Assembly: GCF_039654945.1 (NCBI RefSeq)
Contig: NW_027361792.1
Span: 620,001-684,000 of the forward strand
Reading direction: 5' to 3'
Origin: Dendrobates tinctorius
Taxonomy: Eukaryota
DNA length: 64,000 nucleotides
In this document: piece by piece, positions 28,681 through 43,199 of the stretch
Position numbering within the stretch: the stretch's first letter is position 1
How the letters are laid out: each line of letters starts with the position of its first letter
Program-made: the position numbers and the translations under genes
Notes under the pieces: generated by a model
Seen by the model: only the letters and a program-made list of their open reading frames with translations
Told to the model about the DNA's origin: nothing
Databases searched by the model: none

Positions 28681-31600
28681 TTAAGCACGCTAGGTCCCTC
28701 CCCCTGTGTCAGAGGGTGGGCTAATAATCTCCACCCTTTAGCTCCCTGCAGAACTTATTCCCAATATCTAAGAAAGGGGGTAACTTTCAACAGCATGATC
28801 AGGACATGAGAGGTACCAGTGAATGCGGTTTGTTTTGCCTGTCGTGTGGAGAGCAAACATGGCCCCATTGGGTCGCTGTGGAGGGCCAATCTATGTATCT
28901 CAGGTCCCAGAACCCTCACCGCCTCAGGAGTCACACTGCCAGATGCGCGATTTCCTCAGGGTCACTCGGATATTTTTCATAAGTCCATAACTCGAAAGAT
29001 GTGCTCATAATCCATGATCCTAGGATGGAGTCGGGGCGGCTGGGAGAGACAATGGATGTGTATTTCAGTGTCTAGCAGACAGGTATATTGTAATTGAAGC
29101 CCCCAGGCGCCTCCCTGCCCCATGCTGACGTGGCTCCTATTCAAGCTTTGAAGTTCTGTTTTGGGCCATACTAAAAGGCCTTGCTATTCAACACTGGAGC
29201 CCTAAATCCTGCTTTGTTCATCACACATGGTGTTGGAGATATTTCTCTAAAGATGCAGGCAATGCCCTTCAACGTCTTCACCTTGCCACGTTTTCCACCA
29301 GTATGTGTGTTTAACGCTGGTTCTACATCAATGATGGACCATCAGGGCATTGTGCACAAGAAACCTTCCACTGTGGTGGCTTTGGCGTGCAGAGTAGAGA
29401 TTTGTCATCTCTTCTAAGGATGTCTCACTTCTCCCATTAGACTGCTGCACATTTCAGGAGAGTCAAGATGTATGGGGTACAGTGAAATGCCCAATTTGTG
29501 CTGCAGTTTTACTAACCATGACCCTTTTGTTTCCTTGGTTGGGAAGGGCAGGCTACATCAAGGCCCCTGGTGACCATCATCACTGTGAATCCCATATGGA
29601 CTGTGTCTGGTTTTGAGTTTCTGGGTCTCGTAGTGATCGGTACTCAGGGTATTTAGTGGCCGGACGGTTGGGGATTTCTCTTTTTGCTGCTGTATATGAA
29701 GATAGCAAAGTTGGCCAAGACGGGTTTGAGTCTACTTTCTGCATGTAGCATTCAGTTCATTCAATTTTCGGCATAAATTCGCCCAATTTGCTGATTTACA
29801 TGAAATCCATTTCTTTTTTTCTTGGTGTCAGTGCATCCAAAATAAAAGTTGTGTATATTCTGAGGATATTAGAGGAGGGGGACTCGTGGGGGAGGACAGA
29901 GGCTTTCTGACTCATCTTGCTACCCAGTTATGCAATCAGGCCTTTGCCGAAAGAGGAAGAGACGTTTGGTCACAACGCAGAGAGGTTGGAAGGATTGAAG
30001 CCATGGAATTTTATTCTTACTCATCACATAAACAGTTTAAAAAAAACAAAGTACATATATATTTATATGAGTCATAGGATAATGGCCTGAGGTGTCAAAC
30101 ACCGTAATGCTAAACATTGTGGAGCAAAACTCAGTCTGGAGCTGGTGTTGGGAGATCCATAAATTTGGCACATTTTTCCATTCGCTAGGAAATGAAGCTT
30201 GCACCAACTCCGAACTGGCGAAGATTTTAGCTACTGTGTGCTACATTATAGAAAATTTGCTGCTCAGTGGTTCTGTAAACCAACTTTTACTGACGGTGCA
30301 AAAAAAAGTCAAAAAGTCACGAATCTTTGTGAAACTATCCTTTGCGCTGCATTTTGCAACTTTTTGCCAACAGTTGGTGTGGAGACGTTCCTCCAAGTAT
30401 GTTTTGGTTTTCAGCGGTGATTATTAGGTCAGAGATATTTTATTCCAAAAGTGGTATGGTCTGGGAATAATGTTTTCTGGAATGTTTTATTTCTCTTTTC
30501 CAAAAGCTTCTATATTAGGCTTGAAAAAGCCAAAAACAAACATGGAGGACCCACTGCAGGGACTTGCATCTATCTCCCGGATGGGGTCCGATCCTAAGCA
30601 TTGATCAATGACCGCACATTTTCGTCCCTTCCTCAAAGCAGCAGATAGACTTATTAAGGCCATGCGTTTGCGGAGAGTTGCACATCTGTCGCCACGCTCG
30701 CTGCGTGCAGAGCCCGGCCTGGCCGCAGGTGGATTACACACTATTACCCACACATGTGAGGCTGACAATGGTTGTGGTTGTGGTCAGGTTAGCTAAGGAA
30801 GCTGCTAAATAAGATAAGATATGTAGGGATCTGCTCCAACTCCATCGTCTGTACAGAGAACCAGAAAGCTTGGAATTTACCCCATTTCACCGCACGGTAG
30901 AGAACAGACACATAAGTGACCTTATACAATCATTGTGTACATAGAAAAATGGAGGAATGAAATAACAAGTGCTCTGTAATTTTAAAATCTTATCGCTCTT
31001 ATTTTTGGGAGTCTTTAACTTCTTTATGCTGACATATCGGGATCCAAAAATTATATCAAATCAGCAATAGTGAAGACTGAAGGGCGAATTTACATCAAAC
31101 AAGAGCCGTGCCCAACTTAATCATGGCCTAAACTAACACCAGAAAGGGCTACTGGTTTAATTTTGACTATGGTGGTACCCTTTCTATGTAGTTGCCTTTC
31201 TGCTTTGTGTCTGCCCGAAAACTCTACAAGGCGTTGTATCAGATTTCCAGGACAGTACCACTCTTGTCCATGGTCTGTGTCTGGTTGTGCACCTGTGTAT
31301 ACTTGCATGTTGGGGCCACTAACCAACCCATTGCCTATTTCATACCATCCATCTATTTGAGGGGAGCCAGAGAGGTTCACTATCACTATGAGGCGATCTT
31401 GACATCAAGATCTGTGAGTATTCTGTCACTTACCAATCTACTGCATTTCCCTGATCCACCCAGTCAGTAATTCCATCGTAGAAATAAATTAGATTAGTCT
31501 GGCATGTCTTGTTTGCTGGCTCTGGTTAATTACTGTAGTCTTATCCAAGTACATACATACATGTTTAATAATTTGGTCATAATCTATATCAAGTCACCAA

Positions 31601-34600
31601 TGCTAAAATCTGACTTTTACATAGTCTATGTATTGTTCATCCCTGAGCTCCCCCTTCCCTAGAGATCCCAGACTTTGCATAGAGTTGGTGATGAGTTCCC
31701 TGTGTATTAGCATAGTTTAGCAGAACTAACAGCATGGAGAAGTGAATAAATTCCTGCCGTTGTACGGTATAAAGGAAGTCCACACACTTCCCCCTTTAAA
31801 TCAAATGAAAGAGTTTATCGCTCATCCCCGTCATGTAGCCGGACGGGGCCCATTCATCATTGCATTGTGGTGGTCGAAGTGAACTCGAGTGTGGATGTAT
31901 GGTCTTCTACCAGGTGCCGGTGGTGGTAGGATGAATGCCCCCTGGAACATTGTGTCCTGCAAGGTAAGCTCATGAGATCTGACTTTTTTTTGTCTATGCT
32001 AGAAAACATAGTCCAAGGGTGTAACTGTAGGACTTGCTGTCATCCCCCCGGTACCTGGAGCCTAGGGGGACCCATATGAGAAGACCAATACTAATAAAGA
32101 GCCGTGATATTTGGGCTCAGTTGGAGATTTTGCATTGGGGCCCAAAAGTGTCACGTTTCACCACTGAAGTAGTCAGTCTACAAATGGCTTCCACCTTCAG
32201 AATATGATGGTGTGAACCTTGTAAGGGTGTACGGGGTGGACGAAATTACCCTGGAGGAGTAGAGCACCCACAGGGTCCCTATAGCATGGTTACACCAGTG
32301 TAATAGATGTCGGCCCTGTTGTGGATTTTGCACGGAGCTAAAGTTACCCCTCTGGAGTGGTTTCTTGTACAGAAGTCTCAGTATGGACTAATTGTCTTCT
32401 CGATTGACTCTGCTCTTGATCATCCCCAGTGTCCGTTCTTGGTGTGTACCATCCCCCACCATCCTGAGGTCAGCGCATAGTCATGGTCATTGTATGTGTG
32501 TGTCACGATGTGACCATGTCCTGTGTCATCACTCTGGGCCATTTTCTGCACTCATCTGTGTGTTGTCAAACGTCAAATTTCATCTTGCGAAATCTGAAAT
32601 ATTCTTTTGTTGGTGACTTTGCAAATCTACGAATAAAGGGTTGCACTAATTTTAGAATAATTGCTGGTCACGGTGTCACGTTATGTGTCTAGTTTCTCTG
32701 TTAGCGCCCATACACCTCCATACACAGGCACAGAAACAAGTGGCCACTAGATTCCCCCAATAACAAAAAAGGTTGGGTGATTAACATCGACATTTACACG
32801 TATTATGGTCGGGCAGCATCACCGACATCAGGTCATCGGTCCATTTGTCCTATTGCTTGTTTGCTATTTAGCCATTTATCAGCCTCCATTCTGCACTTTG
32901 TCTCCTTAGCAGGTGATGATGGCTTCCTATCGTTAAACCCCTTTAGACCCTGTGGTTTATCCTAACTGCGGCATCCAAGGGGGTCCGATGGCAGCCAGGA
33001 GGGCTTATGAGTAAATTATATGGCTATGTAAAGCTTTGAAGCACCCTGCAAAAAAAAGTAATGATTAGGATGAAAGAAAGTTATAGATCTCGGCTACCAA
33101 AAAATTATTTTTTCCCATAATACAGCAAAGAACCCCCCCCCCCCTAAAAACAAAAAAAAAAACAAATGATTTGGGGACAGCTTAACAAGTGCTGAATGGG
33201 CAGCAGGTGATCACACTGCATCATTGTGACATCTGCAACTTGACTGCGGGGTATCACCGGCATTATCAAGGCTGAAGCCCCCCGCGTCTGCCATGCCTGT
33301 GTACCTGTGAAGCCCAGCCTGTAATATTACAATTTTTGCAATTTATTGTACAAGTGATCGAAGGTTCAAGTAGAGGACGAATACAAAAAAAAAAAAGGAA
33401 GATATTAAAAAAAAAAAAAAAAAAAAAAAAAGAATGTAAATTAAATCTAAAAAAAAATATAAAAACATATTTGGTCTCGCAGCGTAACTGCCCGAACCAA
33501 TACAATATCATAGTATTTGAAATGAGAAATAAAAAAAATTCTAAATGTCAGAATTGCTGTTTTCCTGTCACGTCGCCACCCCATAAAATGGGACATAAAG
33601 AGGTCAGAAAGTCAAACGGACCCCAAAATGGTAATGATAAAAGCCACAGTTTGTACCGCAGAAAAACTAGCTCTATCAGCTGAAGAATAAAAAAGTTATG
33701 GGAAAAGCAAAAGTTGGAAGTGAAGAGGGTCACAATGGGACTCTGTCACCCAAGGGCGAGAATAGATCTGGATCCGTCCAGGGGGAAACGCCTAATGGGG
33801 GTTTTATCTGTATAATTCTGATGGTTTCCTGCAGTGGTCGCCCTTCTGATTAGTGACTCCAAGCCAAGTTGTGTCCATGCCTCCAGCACAGAATAGGAAG
33901 GAACCAGAACCTGGTGGATAAGACGTCTACGTGTAAGCTGGAGTCTGAAGAAGGTGGGAAAGTCAAGGAGTCCTTGGTTCCACCAAAAATGTGAAACGTT
34001 GATCTGTCCGTACAGCCTGAGAGACAAAGAGAAGAGGAGACTGACGTTTTTTTGGAGATCGATATTATGGAAATCTATCTGACAGAGCTGCCGAGTGCCT
34101 GGAATGGCCCCCAAATCACATATTATACGGGGGGTGTCCATATAATAAAAGGCGCATGGTCATAATATAATGGATGAGGGTTTTACATTTTCACGACTGG
34201 GAAAACTCGGTGTGGAACGTATCCGTCAGCTGCCCGTGAACGCAATGCAGATATTGACCACATAAACCTTATGACTTTCTGGATAAATCAAGTTTATAAG
34301 AGAACCTTCCTGGTGGTGATTTACAGACAAACTCCATCATTGCAATTATCCCTGTCTCACCCTGAAACAAAAGGTAACCGTTCTTCATTGCTGTGCTATA
34401 ACACAATATCTGTACAGTTTCTTCAGTGATTTATGTTTTTATTTTCTTATCTCTCTTGTTGAGCAGTGCCCACTGACTTCCTATTAATGCCCTATCCAGA
34501 TTCACCACAATATGGCTGCTGCATTCCTTACCTCAGCTTTTATAGTGGCTATGATAGTCTCTCCTGACTGGCTGTTCTATACCATATGATGGTTGCAAAG

Positions 34601-34964
34601 CAATATGGGGAAACCTATGCATTCACACCTGACGTCATGTGAGCCTTCTCTGACTGATGCAAGTCACACTAATCAATTGGTTGTCTCTCAATATAACATT
34701 AGCAGAAAGAGATGGGGTTAAACCGTAGCTAAAATCTTGAGCTTTGAAAGGATTTTTGGACTCTGGGAATCAATTCACTTTTTGCAAATTATTTGTAACT
34801 GACCCATGATAAAAGTGGTCATACTTTTTTCATAGCTCTCTGGACTGCTCTTTGTCCCGACTATACACCATATACATGCACGCTCGGTTCTGCTGAGCTT
34901 GCATGCGCTTACAACTGGAAAACACCCCGGTGCTCCCCTTAATTTTCTCTGTCTCATTACAGAC

Positions 34965-35720
34965 TCCTCTGTCCCTTTACAGACACGTCTATCCCTCCAG
35001 ACTCCTCTAGCCCCTATAGACTTCAGTGTCCACTTCATGACACTTATGTCCCCCTTCAGACTCACCTTTCCTTCTCTTCCAGACTCACAACAAATTTCTG
35101 TCCTCCAGACCCCTCTGTCCTCCTCCTACCTCCACTCTCATGTGTCCTGTTTTTCCTTCCAGACTCATCGGTCCTCCTTATGCAAACCTTTCTGTCTCCT
35201 CCAGATTTACTTGTCCTTCTCCAGACCTCTTTTTCTTCTTCCTCTTCCAGACTCCTCTATCCCTTACAGACACCTATGTCCTCCTCTTCTAGACTACTCT
35301 ATCCCTTACAGACCCCTCTGTCTTACTCCAGACTTCTCTATCCCCTACAGTTTTCTCTATCCACATCAAAACTCCTCTGTCCTTCTCCTCCAGACTCCTA
35401 ACCCCTACAGACCCCTCTGTCCTTCTCCTCCAGACTCCTGTGGTCCTCCTCCTCCAGACTCTATCCCCTACAGTTTTCTCTGTCCATGTCAAGTCTCCAC
35501 TGTCCTCTTCCAGACTCCTTTATACCATACAGACTCCCTGTCCTCCTCCTCCAGACCCCTCTGTTAGGCCCTTCCTTGTCTCATCTGTGTTTCTCCTCCC
35601 TCCAGTCTCCTTTGTCCTCCTCCAGACCCTTCTATCCCCTCCAGAGCCCTCTGTCCTCCTCCAGACTCATCTGGCCTCTTCTTCCCTCCAGACCCCTCTA
35701 TCACCTGAAGACTCCACCCC
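34965..35720. repeat. Degenerate pyrimidine-rich repeat built on a CTCCAGAC(T/C)CCTCT motif
   Basis: The ctccagac/tacagac motif recurs at irregular spacing in C/T-rich sequence; it explains the Ser/Pro/Leu-rich ORFs here. Confidence 0.75.
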
Positions 35721-36906
35721 TTTGACTGTAGCGGGATCGTGGATCTTGTTGGTAGCTATATGGATCATCAACAAGATCTAATAGGTTATTTGTGATCACG
35801 GGTGAGTGCTCTGAGGTCACCGCCAAATGCGGTTGACTTCTGCTGGACCTTTGCCGCCGCTGGCACAATGATCGGCCAGGCTGACCCTGGGAAGCATTAG
35901 GACCAAATGGCAGCCAATATTAAGATCGGAGGAAATCTCGTATGTCATGCACCTGTTCTGTAGGTCGTATCGGTCACGCCGTCAATAGCGTTTATCCGCC
36001 TGTGGGTCCTGACCTCAGTGAAGGGTTAAGGTCTGGAGAAGCATCTGCTTCCACATAACAGGTCGCTGTTCCTATAACTAGTCTTGCTCTGTGTCATAGG
36101 GGAAGTGTGAAGAAGTCGGGGTGCTACCTGCGTTCCCTCTTCTGATTCCACCAAAGGTGAGAAATGGAAAATGAGAAGTTGAGGCCACAAAATGATACAA
36201 AAATAAGGAACTGCTGCGGCCGAGCTGCAGCGTCCGCCCTGTGCAGCGTCCATGTGTTACTGTGCCTTTAAACCCTTCATTGATGCGTATTCGCCTTTTA
36301 CATTTTTCCGTGGACTTGTTTTTTGTGGGACAAGAACGCCATAAAAATGTACAGAAATTCTAAGCGCGGCAAAACCAAATGTGCTTATTTTATTAGTTTT
36401 ATTTTGTGATTTATCGGACATTATATTTAATTATTTTAATTTGGTATTAAACTTTTTTTTTTTTTTTTTTGCATATTTTCATACTACCCCTCAGGAAATT
36501 GAATCTACGATCACTTGATTGTATGCAGAATATGATCTAACACACAGTCATGGCCAAAAGTGTTGGCTCCCTTGAAATTTTTCCAGAAAATGAAGTATTT
36601 CACCCAGAAAATTATTGCAATTACACATTTTTATTTCCTTTGTGTGTATTGGAAAAACACACAAAAAACAGAGAATAAAATGCAAATTGGACATAATTTC
36701 ACACAAAACCCCAAAAATGGGCTGGTCAAAATTGATGGCACCTTTCCAAAATTGTGGGTAAACAACTTTGTATCAAGCATGTGATGCTTGTTCAAACTCA
36801 CCTGTGGCAAATAACAGGTATGGGCAATATGGAAATCACACCTGCAACCAGACAAAAAGGGGAGAAGTTGACTCCACCTTTGCATTGTTTGTGTGTCACA
36901 CTAAGC

Positions 36907-37908
<1,002 letters not shown>

Positions 37909-38033
37909 GAAGGGCGCCAACAATTTTGTCTGGCCCATTTTTGGGGTTTTGTGTGAAATTATGTCCAATTTGTGGGGGGGGGTTTTCTCTTTTTTTTATG
38001 TTGTACTAATCCACACAAAGGAACTAAACCTAT

Positions 38034-38609
38034 TGTGACAGTCACTGGTAAGGTAATAGAGGGGAGATATGTGTCACTGCGCTTAATGGCATCAGTGATA
38101 TGAAACCGGAGTATTTTCCTCCAGCACACTATGTGTTGTGAGGGTTAAGTTAAAGTTGCATAATGGTCTGGTTTCATGTGGACCTTCATAGAGTGGGTGG
38201 GAGGAGGTCCACTTTATCTCCTCCTGCAGAGCTGCCAGGACCTGTGTGATGTCATGATCATGTGGTCAGTCACATGATGGAGTCACAGGGTCTGGGGTTT
38301 AAATATATGGCCTCTACAGACAGTCTGAGGTCAGCAGGGCTGGAGAGAGGAGCTTTCAGGGGTTTTATGTCGTGTCGAGGACAGACTGAACCCGTGTTGC
38401 TCCAGAGCGGGGTGCCACCCACAACGTATGGACTTTGTTGCAGCGTTTTTGTTTTTCTTTGTTGTTTTCCTGTTTTAGCCGGAAGAGCTGAGTTTATTTT
38501 CCCTCGTGTTGGTTTAGGCCGTTTAATAATAAACCGACCCAGGATTTAAAGAGACGGTGTTCCTATTTTTCCTACCTCCGTATACCACCATGTGAATTGA
38601 ACTGCCGCA
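38034..38609 (+). mobile_element. Solo LTR inserted in the right TIR of the Tc1 element
   Basis: TGTGACAG...CTGCCGCA imperfect inverted termini; TTTAAATA at ~38298 and AATAAA at ~38528; the TIR sequence resumes directly after it. Confidence 0.7.
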
Positions 38610-39489
38610 TTGTGTATAACAAATCGTGGGGAATTGTAATAATGTTCTGGGAGAAATGCTTCATTTTCTGGAACAATTTCAAGGGTGCCGACACTTTCGG
38701 CCATTACTGTGTTAGCACAGAACTACGTATATTATGAAACTGTGCTTCACAGGAAAACCAACATGGCGCCAACGCCGGCCAACAATAGCGGAGGCCGATC
38801 TCTGCTTGGTTTGTACTAGGAATGCATCCATCTTGCAGCTTCTGAGTGACCCCAAGGTGCTGTGACAACAATCCCTGTCTGTTCTAGCCGCCGACTCCCC
38901 TCCTCTAGGCGGCACCTGCTATTTTTCCTTCTGGAGAGATCTAATTTGCATGTTTTCCATACTGCATTGCAAATAGGATTCCTTGTGGCTCTCGGCGGAC
39001 ATTGGGGTGGCAATTGGGGGCAAAATAGGTTCTCCCTAAGCTTAGGGAAAAAGAGGATGGCTACCTCTAAGCTTTGTGGTGGTCTTCCAGTGCAGATGGA
39101 TGGGGGACATGTCTCCTTCCATGTCCACCTCACTTTGTGATTTTCCGAGTGATGAACTGAAAGTGCGTGAAGTCGTCATCGTACGAGACCTTAATTATAA
39201 CCACGATGCTTTAGAATATCGCTACGGTCATTTAATGAAAGAAAACTGACGGACCAAAGTTCTGCATCTACTAGTTACTGATCACAACGTGGAGAGTGAT
39301 TCATTGTTACAGTGCCGTAACTTAGGATTTTGTAACAGAACCTCTCGCTTTATTACCGCATCGATGGGGCATTGAAGCCACGCAGGTGTTCAGGACAACA
39401 CGAGGGATCTCCATTTGCAAATCTGCAAATAATTCATCTTTATTGCTCTGAGTCCGGGCCCCAACTCATCCCCAAGGTGCTCATCCCTG

Positions 39490-40455
39490 CCTACTTTGGT
39501 TTTACCATGTGGCAGCATTAGATTCTCCAGTATATCCTTGTACATGATAGCATCCATATTTCCATCAATGTGCAGAGGGCCAATGACAAATGCATAAAAG
39601 CAGCCCCAAACCATGACATTGCCTCCACCATGCTTCACTGTAGGCGCTTGGTACCTTACATCATAACGTTTTCCCTTTGGGCAGTATATACTGTATAGGG
39701 CTTGCTGTCACTACTAAACAGATTGAACTTGGATTCATCCGACCACAACACCTTAGACCAATCTGTCTCTTTCCATTGTCTATGTTCTTTGGTAATTTCA
39801 AGTGGGACCTTCCGATTCTTTCCAGACGTGAAAGGCCTCTTGACTGGACCTCGTGCATTCAGCCACAGTTTGGCAAATCACTTTGACCCCATATTCTTTG
39901 TTTATTTCTTGTGACCTCTGTACAGCATTTTATGGACATCAGATTCTGACATATTAATAATGTGTTCACCTTTGGAGGAAGTTTTCCGTGGTTGTCCACT
40001 TCTAGGTGTCAGCTGTTCCATAACTTTCTTTGTTATGCGTGACACTTGTCAGGGCCTGTCACACTAAGCGATATCACTAGCAATATCATTATAACGTCAC
40101 TGGTTTTGTGACGCAGCAGCGTATATCGCTATGTCTGATACTTACCTCCGACCGGCTCCCCCGCTGGTTATTGCTGATCGCGCGAGAACGTCCTGGACCG
40201 TTTCTCATCGTCAGCTTCCTGTGGCGCCGACGAGTGACGCGTGAACGAGGGTGGGAGGACGTCAGGATCGCCTCGTCTGACAGGTAAGTAGCGACCCCCG
40301 CGATGTCGCTGGTGAGATCTGCCTGTGTGGCAGCTCACTAGCGACCACTTAGCGATGTACCAGCGATCCTGACCGCGTCACATCGCTGGTCGGGATCGCT
40401 GGTGCATCGCTAAGTGTGACAGTACCTTTAGTGAAGCGAGCTGTCACATCGCCAT
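39490..40455 (-). pseudogene. Second Tc1 transposase remnant, 3'-truncated and split by a MITE
   Basis: Minus-strand motifs PRSGQPRKT (~39990), WSDESKFNLF (~39730) and KHGGGNVMVWGCF (~39600-39635). It stops at a CAGGGATGAGC terminus (hAT-like) at ~39489. Confidence 0.88.
40051..40427. mobile_element. Palindromic MITE, probably PIF/Harbinger type
   Basis: TIRs AGGGCCTGTCACACTAAGCGAT / ATCGCTAAGTGTGACAGTACCT; internal AGCGAT/ATCGCT motifs; CpG-rich; TSD imperfect. Confidence 0.8.
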
Positions 40456-40774
40456 ATCATAGATAACACCACTTACAGATATTCCAGATAACCGTTTCAT
40501 CACTGGGGCAGAATTTTGTGTAAATGTGTTTCCTGATAATAAAGCCGCATTTATTGAGTCAGAATAACACAAAACGTCCAGTGTTCACCTTGGTGTCTGC
40601 AGGGACAAGGACAGACGTGGTGGAGCCGAGCAGAAGGTCCGCGGTTCTCCACAGGGCGACATTATCTTATCATGGTGGACACAAGGAAGCTATAATTGAT
40701 ACATTCATCTCTTATTTATTATACCTGCCCCCCCGTAGTACCAGTGTATCCTCTAATTTCACAGCAGACCCTAC

Positions 40775-42138
40775 TCCCCAGTAATCACATCGTTCCCCAT
40801 CTCCCCAATAATCACATCGTTCCCCATCTCCCCAGTAATCACATCGCTCCCCATCTCCCCAATAATCACATCGTTCCCCATCTCCCCAGTAATCACATCG
40901 CTCCCCATCTCCCCAGTAATCACATCGTTCCCCATCTCCCCAGTAATCACAACATTCCCCATCTCCCCAATAATCACACCATTCCCCATCTCCCCAGTAA
41001 TCACATCGTTCCCCTTCTCCCCAGTAATCACATCGTTCCCCATCTCCCCAGTAATCACATCGTTCCCCATCTCCCCAGTAATCACATCGTTCCCCTTCTC
41101 CCCAGTAATCACATCATTCCCCATCTCCCCAATAATCACACCATTCCCCATCTCCCCAGTAATCACATCGTTCCCCTTCTCCCCAGTAATCACATCGTTC
41201 CCCATCTCCCCAATAATCACATCGTTCCCCATCTCCCCAGTAATCACAACATTCCCCATCTCCCCAATAATCACACCATTCCCCATCTCCCCAGTAATCA
41301 CATCGTTCCCCTTCTCCCCAGTAATCACATCGTTCCCCTTCTCCCCAGTAATCACATCGTTCCCCATCTCCCCAGTAATCACATCGTTCCCCTTCTCCCC
41401 AGTAATCACATCGTTACCCATCTCCCCAGTAATCACATCATTCCCCATCTCCCCAGTAATCACATCATTCCCCATCTCCCCAGTAATCACATCGTTCCCC
41501 ATCTCCCCAATAATCACATCATTCCCCATCTCCCCAGTAATCACACCGTTCCCCTTCTCCCCAGTAATCACATCATTCCCCATCTCCCCAGTAATCACAT
41601 CGTTCCCCATCTCCCCAATAATCACACCATTCCCCATCTCCCCAGTAATCACATCATTCCCCTTCTCCCCAGTAATCACACCGTTCCCCTTCTCCCCAGT
41701 AATCACATCGTTCCCCATCTCCCCAATAATCACACCATTCCCCATCTCCCCAGTAATCACATCATTCCCCATCTCCCCAGTAATCACATCATTCCCCATC
41801 TCCCCAGTAATCACACCGTTCCCCTTCTCCCCAGTAATCACATCATTCCCCATCTCCCCAGTAATCACATCGTTCCCCATCTCCCCAATAATCACACCAT
41901 TCCCCATCTCCCCAGTAATCACACCATTCCCCATCTCCCCAGTAATCACATCATTCCCCATCTCCCCAGTAATCACACCGTTCCCCATCTCCCCAGTAAT
42001 CACATCGTTCCCCATCTCCCCAGTAATCACACCATTCCCCATCTCCCCAGTAATCACATCGTTCCCCATCTCCCCAGTAATCACACCATTTCCCATCTCC
42101 CCAGTAACCACACATTACCCATCTCCCCAATAATCACA
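40775..42138. repeat. 27-bp minisatellite, ~50 copies, stop-free in one frame on each strand
   Basis: Unit AATCACATCGTTCCCCATCTCCCCAGT; degenerate copies trail to ~42420. Confidence 0.97.
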
Positions 42139-42914
42139 TGATTCACCAATATCCACAGCAGACAATTATCTGACTAGCCCCCCCACCTCCCCAGTTGTCA
42201 TATCAGACCCCAATCTCCAAAGTAATCACAGCCTCCACAATCTGCCTTGTACTCATAACCTCCTCCAGCTAATTAGTCATCAACAAAGTGCCACATCTCC
42301 CCAATAATCACTACTGCCCCTATCTATCCATCAGGCAGAACCACATTAGTCACAAATGCCCCTGGCTATCACAGCAAGACCCCGACTTAGTAGTCAAGCA
42401 GGCACCATCCCCAGTAATACTGTAAGTGCAGTCCCTTTGCTTCCCCAGGAGTCCTGGCAGTCCATGCTCCACAGCACAGGGAGGTAGGAATCCGTGTTAG
42501 GGCAGGTGTGAGGTATCCAGGCTCTCTGTACAGTGTATATACTCATATACAGTATGTGTGAGACCCGGTGTGATGTGTGGATTTCCTAATTCCGAGCGCT
42601 GCGTTCCTATAACATCATATTTGGTTCCGGTAATTCTTACTTCTCAGTGTAATAATGTGCAGACGTTCACGTCATCTGCTGAAAACATAAGAAAAACTTT
42701 GGTCTTTACAAAACTTAATATTTGTGAAACCCTTAAAGGAGATGAAGAGTCACGGTGACCGTATTTTTACTAATTTACCATTTTTTAATTACATAGCAGT
42801 TACTTATTAGCAATATTGTGCATGAATAGAAAAGTGATAATTTGTCAAATGAAGAAGCAAATTTCTCCTTGTGCCATAGGTATCTTGGTTCAGACATGTC
42901 CTGGATAAGGTCAC

Positions 42915-43170
42915 TGTGGATCCTGTGTTATCAGCTGTATATAGAAGTGTTATCATTGTATAGGAGGGGGAGGAGGTGAGCTGTGACAACACCTATTGTG
43001 AATGGTGGATCCTGCGTTATCAGCTGTATATAAAGGGGTTATCAGTCATTGTACAGGAGAGGAGATGAGCTGTGACATCACCTGTTGTGAGGGTGAATCC
43101 TTTGTTATCTACTCTATATAGAGGTTATCAGTCATTGTACAGGAGGGGGAGGAGGTGAGCTGTGACACCA
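42915..43170. repeat. ~88-bp tandem repeat, ~3 diverged copies
   Basis: GGATCCTGTGTTATCAGCTGTATATAGA...GGAGGTGAGCTGTGACA at ~42918, ~43007 and ~43095. Confidence 0.8.
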
Positions 43171-43199
43171 CATGGTGCATAGTGATACGTGGTACATAG

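Noticed and set aside
28681-33720. Short ORFs and fragmentary TIR-like pieces (e.g. 30080-30430, 32020-32350, 32933)
   Set aside because: Probably old MITE or DNA-transposon debris, but I could not pair termini or recognise a protein.
34899-35781. 222-aa and overlapping Pro/Ser/Leu-rich ORFs
   Set aside because: Product of a pyrimidine-rich degenerate repeat that rarely forms stop codons.
40696-42141. 481-aa His/Pro-rich protein (NHIVPHLPS)n on the plus strand
   Set aside because: Minisatellite translation; unit variants are non-synonymous and there is no signal peptide or flanking domain.
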